Below, piece by piece: positions 58,002-64,000 of a stretch of DNA of 64,000 nt. This DNA is from Candidatus Omnitrophota bacterium (GTDB taxonomy: Bacteria; Ratteibacteria; UBA8468; MWAK01): the NCBI GenBank assembly GCA_043826355.1, contig JBDRQI010000004.1, positions 64,001-128,000 on the forward strand, read 5' to 3'. How positions within the stretch are numbered: the first letter of the stretch is position 1; every line of letters begins with the position of its first letter. The position numbers and the translations under genes were made by a program. The notes under the pieces were generated by a model, which searched no databases, had not been told where the DNA came from, and saw only the letters and a list, made by a program, of their open reading frames with translations.

Positions 58002-59660
58002 TTATATCACTATATGGCTCCAGGGTAAAACTGCGTTTTCCGGTTGTGCTTCCAGAATAGAACGGCAGTCAATTTCCGCTTCGGACAGGGCTTCCGTCCA
58101 GAGGTCAAAGCGGAAATGTTCGTCCCATCCGTCAAACCGGCTGCCTTTTTGCCAGGCGCCGAGGATTGCTTTACCTGTTCTCCGGTCAGACCGGGAAAGG
58201 ATTGCTTCCAAAAAGCTCTGCTGATAGGGGTGAAAGCGCAGGGAAAGATAACGGTTTTTCTTTAAACATCCCCGGAGAAAATCCGTTTTTTCCCTGATTT
58301 CACCCTCGGTTGCCATACTCGCTCTTTCCAGCGGCGTGTGCGGTTTTGGGATAAAGGTATTGAAGGATAAGTTAAGGCGAAGAATTCGGCTTAACTCAGT
58401 AACCAGACGGACGATTTCCTTCAGGTCCGCCTCGGTCTCTTCCGGCAGGCCGAGCATAAAGTAGAGTTTCAGATGTTGCCACCCGGATTTTTTTGCCTGG
58501 GAGGCCTGGTTTAACAGGTCAGCATCGGTGAGCTCCTTTTTTAATTGCCGGCGCAACCTTTCCGAGCTTTCCGGGGCAAAGGTTAAACTGGAATGTTTTC
58601 GGCCCTTTTCTGGCTGGGCCGCTGAGAGCAGCAGTGTGTCGGCTCTCAGCGACGGAAGAGAGAGTTTCACGCTCCTCCTCCGGCATAGCGGTTCTAAAAG
58701 GTTGCGAAGTTCAACCAGGCGCGGATAATCGCCGGTGGAGAGTGAGAGAAGAGAAATTTCAGCGTAACCGGTTTGGGTCAATGCGTTTTTGGCTATCTCC
58801 AGAATTTTTTGGGGAGAGCGTGTGCGGCACGGGCCGTAAATCACCCTGGCCTGGCAGAATTGGCAACGGTTGGTGCAACCGCGCATAATCTCAATTCCGA
58901 TCCTGTCGTGGACTACCGGCAGGTAAGGGACCAGCCATTTTTCCGGAAAGAAGGCGTTTTCAAAATCTCCGATTACCGTTTTTTTTATTTCGGAGTAAAG
59001 GGTTTTTTCTTGGGATAGGAGGCCGCGGTAAACGCCGGATTGGTCATAGCGGGGTTGATGCAGCGATGGTACATAAACACCGGGCAGCCGGCTTAAATGC
59101 AGAAGTTTTTCCCGGCGTTTTGCGGACCGGTTTTTCTCCAGAACCTTCAGTATGGAAAGGATTGCTTCTTCGCCCTCGCCGACCAGAAACGCATCGCAGA
59201 AATCGGTCATGGGTTCCGGCGTAAAGGCGCCGGTTCCGCCGGCCAGGACAATCGGGTCATCATCGCGGCGGTCTTCGCGTTTTAAAGGGATACTGCTTAA
59301 GGAAAGAATAGTGAGGAAATTGCTGTATGAGAGTTCGCTGGCCAGCGTAACCCCGATTATGTCGAATTCCGAGAGAGGTCTGTCTGATTCCAGACTGGAG
59401 ATGGAAATTCCTTTTTGACGTAATTGTTCTTCCAGGTCCAGGTCCGGCGCAAATACCCGTTCCGCCAGGTAATTTTGTTGGTAATTTACAATTCCATAGA
59501 GAAGGCGCTGACCCAGGTTGGACATTCCCAGTTCGTAAATCTCCGGGAAGCAGAGGCAGATTTTTACCCGGGCCGCATTCCAATCCTTAACCGTATGGTT
59601 AACTTCGCGACCGATATAGCGGGCCGGGCTCTTTACCAGATTCAGGAATTGCGCATCCAT
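58002..59660 (-). CDS. TIGR03960-type B12-binding radical SAM protein
   Basis: 'PARYIGREVN', 'FPEIYELGMSNLG', 'ERVFAP', 'RGCTNRCQFC', 'SLPSLR', 'TFAPE' and 'PKPHTP'. Confidence 0.88.
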   Translation of the reverse strand: MDAQFLNLVKSPARYIGREVNHTVKDWNAARVKICLCFPEIYELGMSNLGQRLLYGIVNYQQNYLAERVFAPDLDLEEQLRQKGISISSLESDRPLSEFDIIGVTLASELSYSNFLTILSLSSIPLKREDRRDDDPIVLAGGTGAFTPEPMTDFCDAFLVGEGEEAILSILKVLEKNRSAKRREKLLHLSRLPGVYVPSLHQPRYDQSGVYRGLLSQEKTLYSEIKKTVIGDFENAFFPEKWLVPYLPVVHDRIGIEIMRGCTNRCQFCQARVIYGPCRTRSPQKILEIAKNALTQTGYAEISLLSLSTGDYPRLVELRNLLEPLCRRRSVKLSLPSLRADTLLLSAAQPEKGRKHSSLTFAPESSERLRRQLKKELTDADLLNQASQAKKSGWQHLKLYFMLGLPEETEADLKEIVRLVTELSRILRLNLSFNTFIPKPHTPLERASMATEGEIREKTDFLRGCLKKNRYLSLRFHPYQQSFLEAILSRSDRRTGKAILGAWQKGSRFDGWDEHFRFDLWTEALSEAEIDCRSILEAQPENAVLPWSHIVI

Positions 59661-59667
59661 AAAAAAT

Positions 59668-59768
59668 CAGTATACAGTATACGGTAGAGCAGCATACAGG
59701 GAACGGCAAGGTTTAAAGTCGTTTTAATTTCTTTCCCTGTATGCTCGTCTACTGTATGCTGTATACCG
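59668..59768. repeat. Long imperfect palindrome with heptamer-like subrepeats (copy 1)
   Basis: CAGTATACAGTATACGGTAGA..ATACAGGGAA / TTCCCTGTATGCT..TCTACTGTATGCTGTATAC. Confidence 0.85.
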
Positions 59769-60863
59769 TTATATAAACGTTTCCCGGTTTTTGATGTTTA
59801 AGATAATTCCCACTGCGGCCAGGGAGGTTATCAGTGAGGAACCGCCGTAACTGAGGAAGGGCAGGGGGATTCCGACCACCGGCAGGAAGCCCATGGTCAT
59901 CGCGATATTCACGAATACCTGGGTAGCGAACATTGCGCCGCAGCCGACGGCGATCATGGTACCGGCGCGGTCCCGGGTGTCAGAGGCGATTTTAAGTATT
60001 TCCATCAGAAAAATGAGGTAGACGAACAGGAGGATAACGCTGCCCAGAAGACCCCATTCTTCCGCCAGGACGGAGAAGATAAAATCGGTGTGGTGCTCCG
60101 GTAAAAAAGCCAGATGGGTCTGGGTTCCCCGGAGAAAACCTTTGCCGAAGAAACCGCCGGAACCGATGGCGATTTTGGACTGGAGAAGATTGTACCCGGC
60201 GCCCAGCGGGTCTATCCCCGGGTTCAGGAAGACCATAATCCGCTGTTTTTGATAAGATTTCAGAAAGAACCAGAGAACCGGCAGAGAAGCCAGCCCCATG
60301 CCTGAAAGCGCGAAAAGATTTTTTTTGGGCGCGCCGGCGATATAGAACATTGCAAAAAATATCGGGATTAAAACAAATGCGGTCCCCAGGTTGGGCTGCA
60401 TCAATATCAGAAACATCGGTGGCAGCAGGAGGAAAAGAGCGGCAATAAAGATGGTTGAAAAATACGCCATGGTCTCTCTATGGCGGGCGATATAACTGGC
60501 GAGCACAAAAATAAAGAGGATCTTAGCCGGTTCCGAAGGCTGAAGGTATAAAGCGCCCAGTTTAAACCAGCGCTGGGTTTCCGAGCGGCCGTGTCCAAAG
60601 AACAGGACCAGGGATAGAATGAGCAGCATGAGCAGATACAAGAACCCGGAGCTGCGCGTCCAGAGATGGAAATCAATCCGTGCCAGTAAGGCCAGCGCCG
60701 CAAATCCGATTGCCGCCCAGACAATCTGCCGCACAAAGAGAGCGGATAAACTCTGGCTGATAACCCGGCTGGAGCTGAAGATTAAGACCAGTCCGATAAA
60801 AATCAGCACTCCGGTCAGGAGCAGCAGCGGCAAGTAGAGTTTTTCTTTACGTTTCGCATTCAT
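59769..60863 (-). CDS. rodA: Rod shape-determining SEDS protein RodA
   Basis: 'QRWF', 'LQPSE', 'QPNLGT', 'QSKIAIGSGG', 'LPEHHTDFIF' and 'GIPLPFLSYGGSS'. Confidence 0.95.
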   Translation of the reverse strand: MNAKRKEKLYLPLLLLTGVLIFIGLVLIFSSSRVISQSLSALFVRQIVWAAIGFAALALLARIDFHLWTRSSGFLYLLMLLILSLVLFFGHGRSETQRWFKLGALYLQPSEPAKILFIFVLASYIARHRETMAYFSTIFIAALFLLLPPMFLILMQPNLGTAFVLIPIFFAMFYIAGAPKKNLFALSGMGLASLPVLWFFLKSYQKQRIMVFLNPGIDPLGAGYNLLQSKIAIGSGGFFGKGFLRGTQTHLAFLPEHHTDFIFSVLAEEWGLLGSVILLFVYLIFLMEILKIASDTRDRAGTMIAVGCGAMFATQVFVNIAMTMGFLPVVGIPLPFLSYGGSSLITSLAAVGIILNIKNRETFI

Positions 60864-60897
60864 AATTTTTCTTTATTTGACAGGCGGGACGCCTGTC

Positions 60898-62625
60898 CTA
60901 CTGTTCATCATTCACCGTAGTTTCCTGGGTATCGGAACCTGTGGCCGCCCGAGCCGGAAAAAAATACTCACTTAGAATCCGGCGGGTGATGGCGGCGGCT
61001 TCGGAAGAAGCGCCGCTGTCCAGCACAACCGCCATGGATATCCGGGGGTTTTCCGTCGGCGCATAACAGACGAAACTTCCCCGGGTGGTCAGTCTCAAGT
61101 CCCGCTGGGCGGTTTGGGCTGTTCCGGTTTTGCCGGCTATGGAAATTCCCGGTACCTGGGCGCCAGAGCCGGTTCCGGAATCGACTACCGCCAAAAGGCT
61201 TTCTTTTAAAATATTCAGGGTTGTTTCCGAAACAAAAAAATAACTTTGGATTACCGGACCGAACTCCTCAATCGTATTCCCCTCGCGGTCACGGAGTTCG
61301 CGGACTATTTCCGGCCGGAAGATATTGCCTCCGTTGGCAACCGTTGCGATCAGGTTAGCCATTTGAATTGGTGTTAAGATAAGGGCCCCCTGTCCAATTG
61401 ACAGGTTAAGGGCGCCGCCCGAATCACCGGTTCTGGGGATAAAACCGGCTTTTTCGCCGGGCAGGTCAATGCCGGTTACGACTCCGAGTCCGGCCCTCAC
61501 GGCGTATGCCAGCAGGTTGGCTTCACCGGTCTTCATACCGATCTGTCCAAAATAAATGTTGCATGACTGGGCCAGGGCGTTTTTAAAAGAAACCCATCCG
61601 TGGCCGTCTTCTTTCCAGCAGTGGAATTCCCGGTCGCCGAGCGTCAGAGAACCCAGGCATTCGTACTCGTCTTCCGGGGTGATTGAACCGCTTTCCAACG
61701 CGGCAATCGAAGTGATTATTTTAAACACGGAGCCGGGAGCGTATAATCCGGCCAACGCCCGGTTCAGGAAGGGTTTGTCGGACCGGTTGAGATAGGGGGC
61801 CGGGTTATTCGGGTCGAAAGTCGGTTTGCTGGTCAGGGCAAGAACCTCTCCGGTGTTGGGAGAGAGGACGACGATGGCACCGGCGCGGTCTCCCAGTTTA
61901 CCTGAAGCAATTTGCTGGAGGCGGCTGTCGATGGTTAAAACAACCGTGTGGCCGGGTCTGGATTCCTTTTGGCCCAGGACCCGGAGCTGGTGACCGCGCG
62001 CGTCTACCTCTACCTGGGTGCCGCCCCGTTCTCCGCGCAGCAGACTGTCAAACATTTTCTCAATACCGCTGCGGCCGATAAGGTCTCCGGAACGCAACCC
62101 CTCTTTTTTAAGCATCAGTAATTCTTCTCTGTTTACCTCGCCCAGGTATCCCAGGATGCTGGCGGTCTCTTTCCCGAAAGGATAGTTTCTGATTAAGCCG
62201 GTTTGGATATAAACGCCGGTCAGCCAGCTGCTGTTTTCTTCAATAGCATGAATTTGTGCCTGGGAAAGATTTCTAAATATGGTGCGGAGTTCAAAAGGGT
62301 TAGTTGCCTTTTCCGCAAATTTTTTCTGGATTTCGGACCGGCTCATATTTAAAATCGGAGCCAGGATATCAACGCACTCGGCTGGGTTTTTAAGGTCATA
62401 CGGAACGTAGGTCAGGTTGAAACCTAACTTGTCTTCCGCCAGAACAATTCCGTTGCGGTCCAGAATTTTACCGCGCGGTATATCCAGGTAAATGGTCCGG
62501 ATGGAATTACCCTCGGATAGTTGCCGAAAACGGGAATGCCCGAAAACTTGAAGGTAGACTAATCCTCCAACCAGCGGTAAAAGAGCAATAAAGATAAAAC
62601 GTCTCACGACATCAAACCTATCCAT
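60898..62625 (-). CDS. mrdA: Penicillin-binding protein 2
   Basis: 'PRGKILDRNG', SxxK 'PGSVFK', SxN 'QSCN' and KTG 'AGKTGTAQ'. Confidence 0.95.
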   Translation of the reverse strand: MDRFDVVRRFIFIALLPLVGGLVYLQVFGHSRFRQLSEGNSIRTIYLDIPRGKILDRNGIVLAEDKLGFNLTYVPYDLKNPAECVDILAPILNMSRSEIQKKFAEKATNPFELRTIFRNLSQAQIHAIEENSSWLTGVYIQTGLIRNYPFGKETASILGYLGEVNREELLMLKKEGLRSGDLIGRSGIEKMFDSLLRGERGGTQVEVDARGHQLRVLGQKESRPGHTVVLTIDSRLQQIASGKLGDRAGAIVVLSPNTGEVLALTSKPTFDPNNPAPYLNRSDKPFLNRALAGLYAPGSVFKIITSIAALESGSITPEDEYECLGSLTLGDREFHCWKEDGHGWVSFKNALAQSCNIYFGQIGMKTGEANLLAYAVRAGLGVVTGIDLPGEKAGFIPRTGDSGGALNLSIGQGALILTPIQMANLIATVANGGNIFRPEIVRELRDREGNTIEEFGPVIQSYFFVSETTLNILKESLLAVVDSGTGSGAQVPGISIAGKTGTAQTAQRDLRLTTRGSFVCYAPTENPRISMAVVLDSGASSEAAAITRRILSEYFFPARAATGSDTQETTVNDEQ

Positions 62626-62632
62626 AAAGGAA

Positions 62633-62735
62633 AGTATACGGTAGACAAGTAGACAGTATACAGGGAAAAGATAAAATCATTTAAAAAATCTTTTTGCGGT
62701 TCCCTGTCTACCAGTCTACTGTATGCTGTATACTG
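62633..62735. repeat. Long imperfect palindrome (copy 2)
   Basis: AGTATACGGTAGAC..ATACAGGGAA / TTCCCTGT..TCTACTGTATGCTGTATACT. Confidence 0.85.
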
Positions 62736-62740
62736 TTTTT

Positions 62741-63217
62741 TTACACGAGTTCCCGTTGGTAAAGATAGAAAGCCGGCAGGGACCAAAGACTATTATATAT
62801 TGAAAAGGCGATGGGTTTCCAAAGCAGGGTTATGCCCCAGGCCGGCGCGCAAATGGTCTGGTAGACTACGGAGAAAAAAAAAGAAAAATAGACCGAGTAC
62901 AGCAGGGTGGTGGAAGTGTTAAACTCCGTTTTTTCTGCCAGAAAACGGCTGGCAATATAAGCCACCAGGAGATAAACGATGCTGTGTCCGCCGATGGTTG
63001 AGTTAAAGAGGATGTCCTGGTAAAGGCCCAGGGCAAGAGCACTTATCAAACCAATGGTGCCGGGAAAAGAAAGGCTCAGAAAGAGAACTAAGAGCAGGGT
63101 CAGGTTTGGTGCTATTCCAAAAATTCTGAGATAGCGGAACGCCAGGTATTGAATTCCAAAATTGACTAATACCACTACGAGAAAAGAGCGCTGGTTAAGT
63201 GAATTTCTAATAAACAA
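62741..63217 (-). CDS. mreD: Rod shape-determining protein MreD
   Basis: Hydrophobic, 'PNL.L' and 'GLYQDI'. Lies between mreC and mrdA; start approximate. Confidence 0.85.
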   Translation of the reverse strand: MFIRNSLNQRSFLVVVLVNFGIQYLAFRYLRIFGIAPNLTLLLVLFLSLSFPGTIGLISALALGLYQDILFNSTIGGHSIVYLLVAYIASRFLAEKTEFNTSTTLLYSVYFSFFFSVVYQTICAPAWGITLLWKPIAFSIYNSLWSLPAFYLYQRELV

Positions 63218-63878
63218 TTACCACCTCTTCCAATGACGAAAAGTTAGCGCTGGGCCGGACCAGTATTTTTCGGAAAAATCCTTTACCAGCTTTTGAGGCT
63301 TGAATTGTCCCGACCGGGATTCCGGAAAGATAATTATGGCTTAACTTGGAAGTGACTACGGTGCCACCGACCCTGGGTGAATTATCGTTAGGCACATAAC
63401 CGATCGTAAGGCTGAACATTCCGGTGCTTTCCAAAATGCCCATTTCCCGGCTCTCCTGAACGGAAACGCTTACCCGGCTTTGCGGGTTTAAAATAGTCAT
63501 TACTTTAACGCATTTGCCTTCTTTCTCCGTCACGTGTCCCACCAGGTTTCCGTCCGCGTCAAGCACCGTTAAACCAGGCTTGACCCGGTCGGCTTGATTG
63601 GTTTTCAGAGTAAGCCAGTTTGGCCATCCGATCGGGTCTAGCGTTGACACTTCACCGATTGCGGCAATTGTGCCTTTCTTTTTTTCAGAAAAATTCAAAA
63701 GGGCCCGTAAGCGTTCGTTCTCCCGGAGCAGTTCCCGGGCGGATGAATCCCGGTAATTGATCAGGGCGGCAGCTGGAATTTCTTTTGGTTTGAAAGCATC
63801 TGCTTTTAGGCGGAAGAGAAATATTGATATCAGCAGGAGCAGGATGAAGATAAATTCTTTCTGGAATTTCCAGAGCAT
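63207..63878 (-). CDS. mreC: Rod shape-determining protein MreC
   Basis: 'ENERLRALL', 'LVGHV', 'VVTS', 'GIPVG' and 'LEEV'. Confidence 0.9.
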   Translation of the reverse strand: MLWKFQKEFIFILLLLISIFLFRLKADAFKPKEIPAAALINYRDSSARELLRENERLRALLNFSEKKKGTIAAIGEVSTLDPIGWPNWLTLKTNQADRVKPGLTVLDADGNLVGHVTEKEGKCVKVMTILNPQSRVSVSVQESREMGILESTGMFSLTIGYVPNDNSPRVGGTVVTSKLSHNYLSGIPVGTIQASKAGKGFFRKILVRPSANFSSLEEVVIVY

Positions 63879-63914
63879 GAAAACCTCAAATTAATCTGCG
63901 TCCTGTTTAAATTT

Positions 63915-64000
63915 TCAGGAATGCAAAGGAGTAACTTTGCGGAAATAATGCTCGTCTTCCAGCATTTTTCCGGTGCCTTTCACAACGGCGAGAAGCGGTT
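63915..64000 (-). CDS. mreB: C-terminal end of MreB (partial)
   Basis: PLLAVVKGTGKML matches the MreB C-terminal motif and lies upstream of mreC. Confidence 0.85.
   Translation of the reverse strand, partial: PLLAVVKGTGKMLEDEHYFRKVTPLHS

Overview
A 64-kb chromosomal window from a moderately GC-rich bacterium with an outer membrane, probably anaerobic. The gene content is reminiscent of uncultured PVC-type lineages, but taxonomy cannot be shown from this sequence. From left to right it holds: (1) 1-9.2 kb: two beta-propeller proteins, a large secreted GH123/DUF4091-like glycan enzyme, two URO-D-family proteins and several gene remnants. (2) NamZ plus a long MurQ-like SIS protein. (3) An aryl-acid uptake/activation cluster (SSF symporter, porin, 2x PaaK, ACT protein, IorA/IorB). 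(4) rimO, carrying an in-frame palindromic insertion. (5) A complete type IVa pilus locus, preceded by an HD-GYP protein, a receiver protein and a FadL-type channel with a sigma54-type promoter. (6) A divergent operon: cobalamin radical SAM, an atypical Cys-His-Asn FabF-like ketosynthase, two paralogous histidine kinases and a sigma54 activator. It is followed by a GIY-YIG gene and a short divergent RpoN-like gene. (7) CHASE2/HD-GYP, a pilin-FecR fusion, a GspG-like pilin and a diguanylate cyclase. (8) Housekeeping ilvD, TIGR03960-type radical SAM, rodA, mrdA and mreBCD. Intergenic DNA is full of several palindromic repeat families. Two candidate novel systems stand out. One is a putative lipid-signal synthesis/sensing circuit wired to the pilus locus. 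The other is a GIY-YIG gene sitting in the loop of the dominant palindromic repeat, with matching empty copies elsewhere in the window. No rRNA, tRNA or CRISPR array was recognised. All product calls come from motif recognition by eye, not database searches.
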